In this document: one piece after another, positions 15,246-27,489 of the stretch
Position numbering within the stretch: position 1 is the stretch's first letter
Layout of the letters: every line of letters begins with the position of its first letter
Assembly: GCF_009914755.1 (NCBI RefSeq)
Contig: NC_060929.1
Source of the DNA: the human T2T-CHM13v2.0 reference genome, Homo sapiens
Strand: one strand, 5' to 3'
DNA length: 64,000 nucleotides
Made by a program: the position numbers and the translations under genes
Notes under the pieces: generated by a model
Seen by the model: only the letters and a program-made list of their open reading frames with translations
Told to the model about the DNA's origin: nothing
Database searches by the model: none

Positions 15246-17019
15246 ATACCAACATTAGGGGAACGTTTACCTTTCAATTATCTCAATGTCATCCCAAATT
15301 TACACACTTCATTATGAAAACACAAAGAGTTAAATGTTTAAATTTATTTTCCTACCAACCATGTAAGGCTAAGTTGAAAACCAAATTTCTCTAATATTTA
15401 AAGTTTCTTCCATGTGGATTGAAAAGAGATGGACCTGGCTTCAACATTCTTTTCTTCATGTGACAATCTGTTGGTCAGATACCATCATCAATAGCAGGCC
15501 AAATATAAGTGGCACTCTGAGTACGTCATTATCAAGTAATAATTATAAAATACAAGAATAATTATAATGGCCAGAAAGAGAGAATAAAACATAAAGGTTT
15601 TTACTTTACTGAACTTCATATGTATAATAATGTTAGTAAAAATCATAGAATAATTTAGAGTTATTACAGTACAAAAAGAGGAACAAGATCAGAGTAGCAT
15701 TTTTTAATTATGCTACTCTATTTTTAAAGGGAGAAATATATTACACATGTATTGATCTGCAACTGAAAAAATTATAAAGTTTTAAAATTTTGTTTTGAAG
15801 TCTTAATCTGCAAATTTATTAAAGACTAAAATTAATTTTCTTAAAATGTAGACAATATAATGAAATCTGTAACTCTATCACTGTTCATAACTGATTGACC
15901 AACATTTTTGAATAATTCTAATTTCAAAAAAAGATTATCTCAAATAATACATCTTACATGCACATTTGAAAAAAGTCTAAACAGGGTAAATTTTGCGTAG
16001 AATGATAAAAATCCCACTTTATGATAAATACCAGAAAGTGCAATATTGCCTTATGTCTTTGTTTCTTTGGGATCAATTCTAAGAGCTTCAAATAATTTAA
16101 GCAACTTCAGGTATAAAACCCCAGGTGACCACATATTATGACAGAATTAAAACAGTTCAAGTTTTTTTTTTTCCTTCATTTTACAATCAATGGGCTATTA
16201 CCGTTTATTTCTTCTCTGTTGTTTAAATGGAGTCATGAGCTGTGCTTGGAGAGAGCTCAGATAATTCCAAAGTTTTATCAACTTACTCTAGTAACAAATG
16301 CATGTGTCAGGGCTTGGCTGCATAACTGAGAGTTAAATTAAATTCCACATAGAATACAATGTTTACTAAAGGACAAGTAATTTTAAAATGTGCTAATTTG
16401 AAGCTTACATATATATTATGAAAACTCAATAGTAACTGAACATTGTTTAGAACTTAGAACAACACAAATATTTTTCTGGGAGAAAATTTTATCACTCACT
16501 TGTAGCATGCTGTTAATAAAAAGCAGACCATTTTTCATCAAGTTTTATTATTGTTTTTAAATTCTTTATAAACAATGTGCTCATAATTGCCTATACCATA
16601 GATGAGCTTCTCTTACTGCCCCATCCTTGACTTGCTAAATCACTGTGAGTTTCCTAAGGCTGAGAATGATTCCATTGTTAAATTCACAACTTTTAAAAAA
16701 TAAGTTTCTGATTGACATCAGTATTAAATGGCAGTGCACTGTGAGAGGAACATCTCTGATGTGTAAAAACACTGAATTTTTCTTCTTGCAGATTCTATTG
16801 ACAACATTAAATGCTATGCAACTTACCACTCAGGGAACAGATGTTTAGGCCGGGGAGATTTATCACAAGCTAAAAGCATAGTGACATTTCTCACTTTTTG
16901 TATTAATAACCTTTACTTTGGATATACTGCTTTTTGATGTTTTCCATAGCAAGTGAATATCCTAAGGTACTCATTTTCCCCACGAAGTGTCTTCAACAAG
17001 GATTCCAGTATTAACACAA

Positions 17020-17300
17020 GTAATAGTAATCCTTTATCTTTCCATGGGCACTTTATAACTTAAAATATAAAATGTTTTATGTAAATACATGGACAAACCA
17101 CACACACATATAATTTATTCTAATGTTTCAGATAGTATTAATTCCATTTTTGGACTGAGGAATCTGTGACGCAGATAACAATTTGTCTGAGCTCATGTGC
17201 TTATTCACTCAAGAAATACTTATTTAGTCCTTATTCTTACCAAGTATTCTGAGAAACCAGGAATAAAACAAGGTCTATGCACAAATATTCCCTTCAAAAG
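17020..17300 (-). mobile_element. MIR followed by a short L2 3' fragment
   Basis: attccatttttggactgaggaatctgtgacgcaga is the MIR core; ttattcactcaagaaatacttattt is an antisense L2 end. Confidence 0.5.
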
Positions 17301-20300
17301 TTTTCAAAGAATGTAATGACTAAGTCTGAAATTAACCCAAGATTTTGAGCTCATCCCCACCGCTTTTTCCACTCCACATGGCCCCCTGTGGACCTCAAGG
17401 AGCAAAGGAGGAAATGATGGAAAGTGCCTGCACTGCAAGGGTGTGTTCAAAGTAAAAATAAAAACAACAACAACAGCAACATTACTGAGATTACATGTTT
17501 TATATTTCAGCATCCTGGGACCTCTGCCTTCCTGGTTTTATGCTACTCACAACAGGCTGAATACAGTACATTATGCCTTCTTACAGGACAACACAAAAGA
17601 TAAATGGATAAAGCAAGATATACCTATTAAATACAGAATATCAGAATACATTCTAAAGTGTGCTAAGAGCGTGTCTTTATTCTTTGTTACAAAAATCTAA
17701 AGTAAAAGGGAAAAATCTCTTTAATGGCTGCTGTAACTACATTGCTTTTCTTTTATGATTGTTGTCACAGAAAATGTAAAAGACTTTTTTTCTTAAGACA
17801 ATTCTTTTCATTGTTAAATAACATTTATATTCTACTAGCCTTCTAGAAGGAAAAATGCACAGCATAGTATTATGTTTCTTATTGTATAAAAACAATGGTG
17901 TCATTGTATAATGAAATGGAAAAAGAAAATAGACATGATATTATTATACTATATTATAAGCTGTAAGAGCAAGTAGGAAATAAGTGGCTTTTGTTTGCTC
18001 ATCCAAAGTTTTCCAAAGCAGCTGCACAGTAGTTGATGTTTATACTGTAGAGGAAATTTAAAAAGAAAAAAAAGTTAAGGAAATAAGTTTTGTGGTTCTA
18101 ATGTGATAGTCCTTAAAAAATGTGAGGAAAAAAATGAATTTAAAAAAATGAACTTAAGTAATCAAAATGTCACTGTTTACCAAAATTTCTCTACTAACAA
18201 CTCATAAGATGGATGAATAAAGGCCTTCCCACATGAATCTTCTTTCAAATTCTACACATGTGAAGTAGCTATATTTGTCTTTTGATACTGTTATTTACAT
18301 TCCTTTCTTATTGCCATAAAAGATTTGAGATTTTCAATCTAAGTTGTACCTTCCCTCACACCCATGTCTGCACAACTGAAGGAAGGTAATATTGAGATGT
18401 AGCAGAAACTGAATTAAACTGTTTATCCAAAGCCTGTGAAATCTTGCTAACCATAGAGCTTATCTGTTGAATGGTCAGTAATAATTACTCTGCCTTCTTC
18501 TGAGAAATATTGGAAGGAAATAAAGTGTATTGGGAAGCATAAATGTGGGAACGAATTCTAGTTTCACTATTTTCTAGAAGTAAATGAACAGTATAAAATA
18601 GACATCGATGCCTCATGGTAGTTACGATGCTTTTTGAAACTAAAATTTTCTTTGCCAACTGTCTAGAACTTAGTAAATATTTTTACAATATTAGATATTA
18701 TTGTTAATATCAATAAAAAAGATCAAGTAAAATGATGAATATGAAATACTGTTCACAAGTTATTCATGTAATTTAGAGCTCTTATTAAAAGGCACAAGAA
18801 ATCATATTTTTTCAATAATGCATATATAATACTCAATTTCTTTCTTAGATAAAGATAACAGAAAAAAAATCTCACAGGTCACAGACAGTGAAGTGCTTCT
18901 AAGTTAACATGATTTTTCAGATTCTTCAAATTCCCAAACTTTTATCACATTTGACTATAAAGAGCACGTCCAAGAAACAATAATAATGTTGCTAAAATTT
19001 TATATGGTTATATATATTTTCCCTTTTTATACCACTAGTGGCTATACTGTTATAATGTCTGAATTAATATTTAATTTAGTTATTTTCGTAAATATGCTGT
19101 AATGGTTATTTTCATTAAGAACAGAGCCTTTTAATTATAGATTGCCTATCTTCAAGGCATTCTAAATAATTTCTAAGCTTTACAAGGGTCGGGATCAATT
19201 TTAAAGCTGCCCTGTATTTAACATAGTCATGCTCTAGAAATCCTTGGTTGTACAAAGCATTTGTTGGAATCTGGATTCACTTTTCAAATCCACATAGAGA
19301 AGAAAGTCTATTGATTCAACTTCTAGTAAGTGGGAAGAATAATGATTAGTGAGCAAAAACAAAATCTTACAGTGTTCAGAGAAAGAGAGAACACACATTG
19401 ATAGCTGAGCTGAATGACTCAAATTCCTGTTAGGACCAAACTCCAAGTAAAGCAAAGTTAGAATTCTGTTGCTTCTGTAATTCAGATGAAACGCCTCAAC
19501 ACTAAATTGTTTAGTGAAGTGTGTTATATGGTATTTTTCCCATGTGACAAAATTTAGTCTCTCACACAAAGTGTTCTTTCTTTTATTACATTAAGGTCTA
19601 GCCATTTCATTTAAATAATTATACTGAGAAGATAATACTTCATAAAACGGTAATACAAATTTCACATTTTTATGTAGCCCATGCCCCTGTGAAATTTTTC
19701 TTTCTTATTTTGAATATATCTATTTTCAAAGTTAATTTGGGATTACAATGCTTTGGAAATGGTTAGTTGGAAAATTCTCCTTCTGAAGAAATCATATTAT
19801 CAGAATTTAGATAATAAATTTTACAAACCAATTATCAATACTTTTAGAAAAAATAATGAAAGTATTACTTGGAAATAAATGCATAATTACTCTATTTGGG
19901 AGAATATGGGCTGCACAAAAAGAAAGGTATTTTACTTATTCTTAAACATTAAATGTCTAAGGAAAGGGAATAATATAGTGCCTATGAAAAGGCAATAAAA
20001 CAATTTGATTACAGTAAAAATCTCAGGATATTATGTCTAAGTATGAATGACATACAAAAACTCAGTGATCTTACACCTTAGGAAATTGATCTATTAAAAT
20101 CTGAAAATGAATGGGATGGAAACATGCTAGTAAATGCAAGATGAGAAGAATATCAGAAACCGAGTCAGTTATGTGGAGAATGATCAGACGATTTCAACCA
20201 CTGAAGTTTAAGTTGTTCAGATTTGTGCCAAAATCAGAAAATAACAGGGGCTTTAAAAAAACCCACATTCTAGAGTAGCCTTCACACATTTGGGTCTAGT

Positions 20301-20329
20301 CATCTTTGCCCAAGGCTTAGAAATTGTAA

Positions 20330-22143
20330 AATTGACACTCCCACCAATAGTGTGAAAGCATTCCTATTTCTCCACATCCTCTCGAGCATCTGTTGTTTCC
20401 TGACTTTTTAATGATCACCATTCGAACTGGAGTGAGAAGCTATCTCATTGTGGTTTTGATTTGCATTTCTCTAATGACCAGTAATGATGAGCTTTTTTTC
20501 ATGTTTGCTGGCTGCATAAATGTCTTCTTTTGAGAAGTGTCTGTTCATATTCTTCATCCACTTTTTGATGGGAATGTTTGTTTTATTTCTTGTAAATTTG
20601 TTTAAGTTCCTTGTAGATTCTGGATATTAGCCCTTTGTCAGATGGGTAGGTTGCAAAAATTTTCTTCCATTCTGTAAGTTGCCTGTTCACTCTGATGATA
20701 GTTTCTTTTGCTGTGCAGAACCTCTTTAGTTTAATTAGATCCTATTTGTCAAGTTTGGCTTTTGTTGCCATTGCTTTTGGTGTTTTAGTCATGAAGTCTT
20801 TGCACATGGCTATGTCCTGAATGGTATGGCCTAGGTTTTCTTCTAGGGTTTTTATGGTTTTAGGTCTTATGTTTAAGTCTTTATTCCATCTTGAGTTAAT
20901 TTTTGTATAAGGTGTAAAGAAGGGGTCCAGTTTCAGTTTTCTGCATATGGCTAGCCTGTTTTCCCAACACCATTTATTAAATAGGAAATCCTTTCCCCAT
21001 TTTTTGCTTTTGTCAGGGTTGTCAAAGATCAGATGGTTGTAGATGTGTGGTGTTATTTTTGAGGCTCTGTTCTGTTCCATTGGTCTATATATCTGTTTTG
21101 GTACCAGTACCATGCCGTTTTGGTTACTGTAGTCTTGTAGTATAGTTTGAAGTCAGGTAGCATGATGCCTCCAGCTTTGCTCTTTTTGCTTAGGATTGTC
21201 TTGACTATACGGGCTCTTTTTTGGTTCCATATGAAATTTAAAGTAGTTTTTTCTAATTCTGTGAAGAAAGTCGATGGTAGCTTGATGGGGATACCATTGA
21301 ATCAATAAATTACTTTGGACAGTATGCACATTTCCACAATATTGATTCTTCTTATCCAGGAGCCTGAAATGCGTTTCCATTAGTTTGTGTCCTCTCTCAT
21401 TTCCCTAAGCAGCAGTTTGTAGTTCCCCTTGAAGAGGTCCTTCACATCTCTTGTAAGTTATATTCCTAGGTGTTTTATTCTCTTTGTAGCAATTGTGAAT
21501 TCAACCACTGTGGAAAACAATATGGTGATTCCTCAGAGATCTAGAACCAGAAATACCATTTGAGCCAGCAACCCCATTAGTGGGTATATACCCCCCCAAA
21601 TTATAAATTATTCTGCTATAAAGACGAATGCACATGTATGTTTATTGCAGCACTATTCACAATAGCAAAGACTTGGAACCAACCGAAATGCCCATCAATG
21701 ATAGACTGGATAAAGAAAATGTGGCACATATACACCATGGAATACTACGCAGCCATAAAAAAGGATGAGATCATGTCCTTTGCAGGGACATGGATGAAGG
21801 TGGAAACCATCATTCTCAGCAAACAAACACAGGAAGTGAAAACCAAACACCACATGTTCTCACTCATAAGTGGCAGTTGAACAATGAGAACACATGGACA
21901 CAGGGAGGGGAACATCACACACCAGGGCCTGTTGGGGGTAGGGGGCTACGGGAGGGATAGCATTAGGAGAAATACCTAAAGTAGATGACAGGTTGATAGA
22001 TGCAGCAAACCACTATGTATACCTATGTAACAAACTTGCATGTTCTTCACATGTGTCCCAGAGCTTAAAGTTTTATATATATAAAATATATATATATATA
22101 CACACATACATACATATGTGTATATATGGCAAAAAAAAAAAAA
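20330..22143 (+). mobile_element. L1PA7/8-like LINE-1 with 5' inversion (inverted 20330-21500; sense 21501-22070; tail to 22143)
   Basis: Antisense ORF2 switches to sense at gtgaat|tcaaccactgtgg. The two pieces are contiguous in L1 coordinates (gtaaatt[ag]ttcaacc). 3'UTR gtagatgacaggttgat. Only a short possible TSD (aaattg). Confidence 0.93.
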
Positions 22144-23289
22144 TTGGTCCTGCAGTCATTAATCCATCCTCACTCTAAGAAAATCAAGAAAGGGGATGAG
22201 TCTTTAGATTTGCCACTTGGAAAGGTAGTGTTTTGTGGATGAGTTTATCAAGGGAAAAGGAAGGCAAGGAAGCCCATCAAGGAAGAATCTAGGGTTCCCT
22301 TCCATGGTTGACATCTACATGAGTTGTGTTATTGTTTGTTGATCTGCCCCCTTTTCATGTCAGAACAGAGAGAAATGACAGTTCCTAGAGCAGAGCAAGA
22401 TGCTTATGAGTTTTGCATGGAGCCAGTGGCCATCAGGAATGGTAGCTCTGCTGAAATAATCCCATCAAAAATTCAAGGAAAATCCAAGCGGCAAAAATCC
22501 CAGCAGCAAGCACCAAGGGGGAGGTGGGAAGAAAAGCCATAGGAGAGTGGATGTGGTTGAGTCAAATTAGAATTTCTTAGTTGAGGGTAATATTAAGCAG
22601 AATGATCCTGCAGAAGTTTCATAGAGTCATCCTGTGAGACTCTCAGGCACCCAAAATAAATAAAATTTTTATAAAGTACTATCAGTCACATAAGCAGTTA
22701 CAACTTAAAAACAGTAGTAATTGGAGTAATACATGTCGTACCTCTACCTTTCTCCCTGTCCCAACACAAAAAAGATGCCAGGTCTTGAGAAGGATGGGAG
22801 TCTCATTTTTTGGTGTTTACTTCTACATTAAGATGGTGAACTACCTGGAAGAATTGGTAAAAGTCTGAAAACTCTGCAATCCTCCCTGACTGCAAACAGT
22901 AGCCTTTGCTTGCTTTCTGTCATTGTGTCCAAAATTCTTCCCATAAATTCTTATTAAAACTTATACCCTCATCTATTTTAAAGGGAATTAAGAGAAAGTG
23001 ATGTCTGCATCCTTATTCCAGAGTAGAAAAAGGGTAATCAGCACTCCTGAGGGTCACAATGGTAGGACCAGAGGTTGAGCGAGTCAGAGGACCTGGACCA
23101 TGGATTAATTCATACAGAAATTTATCATGAAAATAGTGCCCTTGTTCAGAGGATGAGACATGTGCTACATTCATATAACAATATTCAGACACAGGAATAT
23201 TTTAAATCTCAAAAGACATAAAGTAGCAATGCCTAAGTAGAGACATACGATGTAAATATTAATTGAAAAGCAAACCCTGCTTTTGTTTT

Positions 23290-24007
23290 TGATATTTTCA
23301 ATAGTTTTTCATGTCTCAATCTCCTTCAATTCAGGCCTGATTTGGGTTATTTCTTGTCTTCTGCTAGCTTCGGGATTGGTTTACTCTTGGTTTATAGTTC
23401 TTTTAGTTGTGATGTTAGGTTGCTAAATTGAGATCTTTTGATTTGGGCATTTAGTGCTATAAATTTGCCTCTTAACACTGCCTTAGCTGTGTCCCAAAGA
23501 TTCTAGTATGTTGTATCTTTGTTCTCATTAGTTTCAAATAACTTGATTTCTACCTTAATTTCATTATTTAGCCAAAAGTCATTCAGAGGCGGGTTATTCA
23601 ATGTCCATGGAATTTTATAGTTTTGAATGAACTTCTTAGTCTTGATTTCTAATTTTATTGTGCTATGGGGATTGTTTGTTGTTATTTTAGTTCTTTTGTA
23701 TTTGCTGAGGGGTGTTTTACTTTCAATTATGTGCTTGATTTTAGACTATGTGCCATGTGGAAATGAGAAGAATGTATATTCTGGTATTTTGGGGTGGAGA
23801 GCTCTGTATATATCTACCAGGTCTATTTGATCCAGTGCTGAGTTCAGGTCCTAAATATCTTTGTTGGTTTTCTATCTCAAATGATCTGCTAGCCAGGGAG
23901 GTGAAATATTTCTACAAGGAGAACTGCAAACACTGCTCAAAGAAATCAGAGATTACAAACGCAAATTTAAAAATCCATGTTCATGGATAGGAAGAATCAA
24001 TATTGTA
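23290..24007. mobile_element. Older L1 (L1PB/late L1PA-like): antisense 5'-ORF2 piece (23290-23885) joined to a sense mid-ORF2 piece (23889-24007)
   Basis: Antisense ttatttcttgtcttctgctagct...gagaagaatgtatattctg, then sense agggaggtgaaatatttctacaaggagaac...ggaagaatcaatattgt. Confidence 0.8.
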
Positions 24008-24014
24008 TTTTAAC

Positions 24015-24712
24015 CACAAAATCCAGCAATGGAACTCCTTGGTAATTACTCAAAGGAGTTGAAAACTCTGTCCACACAAAAACTTGCATACAAATATTTA
24101 CAGTAGCTTTATTCATGCTTGCCAAAACTTGGAAGCAACCAAGATGTCCTTCAGTAGGTGAACAGATAGAGTTGGTCCAGACTATGAAACATTATTGAAC
24201 ACTAAGAAGAAATGAGCTATTAAGTCATGAAAAGATATAAAGGAACCTTACATGTATATTGCTAAGTGAAAGAAGCCAATCTAAAGAGCCTACAGACTGT
24301 ACAAGTCCAATAATATAATACTTTAGAAAGGCAAATCCATGAAGACAGTAAAAAGATCAGTGACTGTCAGGTGTTAGCTGGGAGACAGTGCTGATAGAGC
24401 ACAGAGGATTTTCAGATCAGTAACACTCTTCAGTATGATGCTATAATGGTGGATACACGTCGTTAAACATTTGTCAAAACTCATAGAATGTACAACACCA
24501 AGAATAATTTCTAATGTAAACTATGGAATTTGGGTAATAATGATATGTCAGAGTAGCTTCATTGTAACAGATGTACCGCTCTAGTGGGGTATGTTGAGAT
24601 TGGGGGAGGCTGTGTGTGGGGAGGACCATGTGTTATATGGAAAGTTTCTGTACTTTCTGCTCAACTTTATCATAAATGTAAAAATGTTCTATAAAATAAA
24701 GTCTATTTTAGT
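24015..24712 (+). mobile_element. L1MC1/2-like 3' end
   Basis: gtccacacaaaaacttgc, gccaaaacttggaagcaaccaagatgtccttcagtaggtg, catagaatgtacaacaccaaga, ending aaaataaagtcta. Confidence 0.85.
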
Positions 24713-24815
24713 CTATTTTTAAATAATACATAGAAAGGAAATAAACTTCATCTATAAAATAAAGTCTATTTTAGTCTATTTTTAAATAATACATAGAAAG
24801 GAAATAAACTTCATC
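24688..24815. repeat. Perfect 2 x 63 bp tandem duplication
   Basis: 24688-24750 is identical to 24751-24813, with TC microhomology. Confidence 0.97.
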
Positions 24816-25261
24816 CCTGGAAGAAATCCATAGGAAGTAAAGTATTTAAATGAATTTCTAGATGATGGAGAGAGGATGAAAGAGATGATGGATTAAAAGG
24901 GCAGAGAGAGAATAATTAAATATAAGATGAGCAGAAGCTCAAAGCAGAACAACAAGCAGTTTTATTGTGGAGACTACTAAAGAGATTGGTGTAGATATAT
25001 TATGTGAAATGTCAATAAAAAGTATTTGAAATATGTTTGCAAGTGAAAAAGTCCATTTGAACACTTGAAACATTCTAACATATAGCTTTGCCCATTTGTT
25101 TTTGTTTCCTTATTGAATTATGTTTCAAAAGTTATTAAACTCTGCTTTAATTGAAATTATAGAGAACTTAATAGAATAAATGATTTAAGCACTCTTTAAC
25201 AGTAAACATCTTTTGGGATTTGGAATATGAAGATACAAAATAACATAAACTTCTGTTTAGA

Positions 25262-25500
25262 AGTGTTAAGTTCTGAAGTCAGATGGTCATGGCCTCAAAT
25301 CCAGCTCTCCTCCTCAACAGCTAAGATCACTGAGAAGGTGACAAACTCCAAAGCCTCATATTCCCTACCTATGAAGCAGAGATGAGAAGGGTAGCTACTT
25401 CATAGAGTATCTGTCCCATAGGAAGAGATAACATAGGTAAAGACTCTAGTTAAAACAGCATCTGGTACATAGTAAACATTCACTAACTACTGACTTTTTA
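25262..25500 (+). mobile_element. MIR SINE
   Basis: tctgaagtcaga...caaatccagctct...gcctcatattccctacctatgaa...ctggtacatagtaaacattca. Confidence 0.75.
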
Positions 25501-27489
25501 TTATCTATTATTTATATATAGGATCAACATTTGTTTTTTATTCCTTTATTAATGCAGTGATAAAGCTGTATGTAATTCTGATTGTTCTCATCACATTCTG
25601 GGTGAATAGTCAAATGTCTCCCTCCTGGGAATAAATACAAGAAACACTTTGCCAATCATAGTACAATTGCTCATTTGTACTATTGTTTCTAATTGATTGA
25701 AAAGTTTCTGCATAGAAAACAAGGAAATAATTGTTAAGAAGCAACACAAATTACTTGTGAGTTGCGGATGTAATTGGAATTTCAGACCAAAGAGAGTTTG
25801 GAAAAAAGAGAGCAATGCTTAGACTTTTATATAATCCTGTCTTTTCCTGATAAGCAGCGTGCCAGAGAATGAATCCCAGATTCTATCCTCTCTTGAAAAA
25901 GGGAAGGAATAAAATCCAGATTAGATGTTTTATAACACTGAGTATATGGGGGGGGGGGGAGGGAAAGGCCAGGTGAAAGCACAACAGGGTGAGTTTTCTT
26001 TATTTATTTTATTGCCTCAGGTTTTGTCTGTAGAATTCATTTATCCTGTTTCTAACCCTGATTTTATGTAAAGACATAAACTGGAGAGATGGTCTTAATG
26101 TTTCAACTCAGATAAATTTATACTGTTAGCGTTACGTGATGCCACTTCACCATTTCACTCAAGTTGCAGATAATGCTTTATGAGAAGATTATGTAAATGA
26201 AACTTTTCAACAAAATAGAAAATTGGAGTTTCTTTAGGGAAGACTTTGGTTTATTCAAATCAAGTTTATAATGGCCCCTTGGGAAAGACTCCAATCTAAA
26301 ATTTTGTCAAAAATAGCTACCACATCTTGACACTAATCATGTTTTCTCATTCAAATTATTTTTTCTACTATGTAAGACATATTATGCTATATGATGAGCA
26401 TTTAAAATAAGTTCCATTATGTGAAAATAGTGAATTCATATATCCTCCACATTTATAAGTATCTATATTTGTTAAATTTAACATTTGACGCCAAAATACT
26501 TATATGCCTCATTTCCTTGTTTCAAAAAGAGATTGTTAAAGTGAAACAAACTAATAAGATACTGGAAGTGCAAGCAGTGATTTCTAGGAGTTCCTGAACA
26601 AAAATCCAAATAATACTGATAAAACAAGAAAGGAGAGAAAAGAAGAAAAGGGAGCGAAAGCTGACCACAGCAGAGGTAGAAAGAGATGTGAGACTTCACT
26701 TTGCAGAAATACAAACAGTGGGGCAACAAAAATAACAATTAAGCCCATGCCTGGCCTACTTGACAAAGAAAATGGACTTTTATGAGTTTGTCTCAGAGTA
26801 GTAGGTCAAACTACTATATACAACTTTGTGACTTGTTATAAGTACTAAAGTCAAAAAAAAGAAAACATTTCACATTATTCTCCATGTGGTTTTAAGTGTG
26901 CTGGTATGTTCTCACTACACTTCCTTTCTTAAATCTATAAAACCATACTACCCTCCTTCAAGTTTCTACTTGATTCACCTCTTAGAAACCTGCCAAACTA
27001 GATCCACCTGGGTCTAATTACTTCAGACATTCTTTCACTGTGTGTATCTTGATACATCAATAATCTTAATAGGATATACATGTCTGTATCATTTATGTTT
27101 GCAGAGATTTAGCCAAGCTGGAGCTAACTTCTACATTGCATTGTCCCTGTGGGCAGGAAATATATTTTCTGCTTCATTTTAAAACTCCTGTGGCAACATT
27201 GGTATGAACCTTTAGTAGACTATTAATATGTATCTTGCTGTTTTTTAGATAGCAGTACTATATATGAGGAGAATTAAGATTCACAAAACAGTTTGAGTAA
27301 TTTAGGGAGAAAATATATTTCACAGTCATCTTCATTTACAATAAAACATAAAGGGATCTCAAAAATAGGTGATTAATGCAAGAATGATTTAATACTTTCC
27401 TAGTGCCACATAGAAGTAAAGACAGATGGGGACTGTTGAGGTACCCTCAAAAACATCTTACACACATTTCTTCCACCAGTATTATCTAC

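Noticed and set aside
15691-15719. 10-bp-stem hairpin agagtagcat...atgctactct (similar 9-bp stem at 364-384)
   Set aside because: Stems this short are expected occasionally in 64 kb of AT-rich DNA.
25985-26025. Adjacent donor AGG|GTGAGT and acceptor ...gcctcag|
   Set aside because: Only ~31 nt apart, too short for an intron, and no flanking exon structure is supported.
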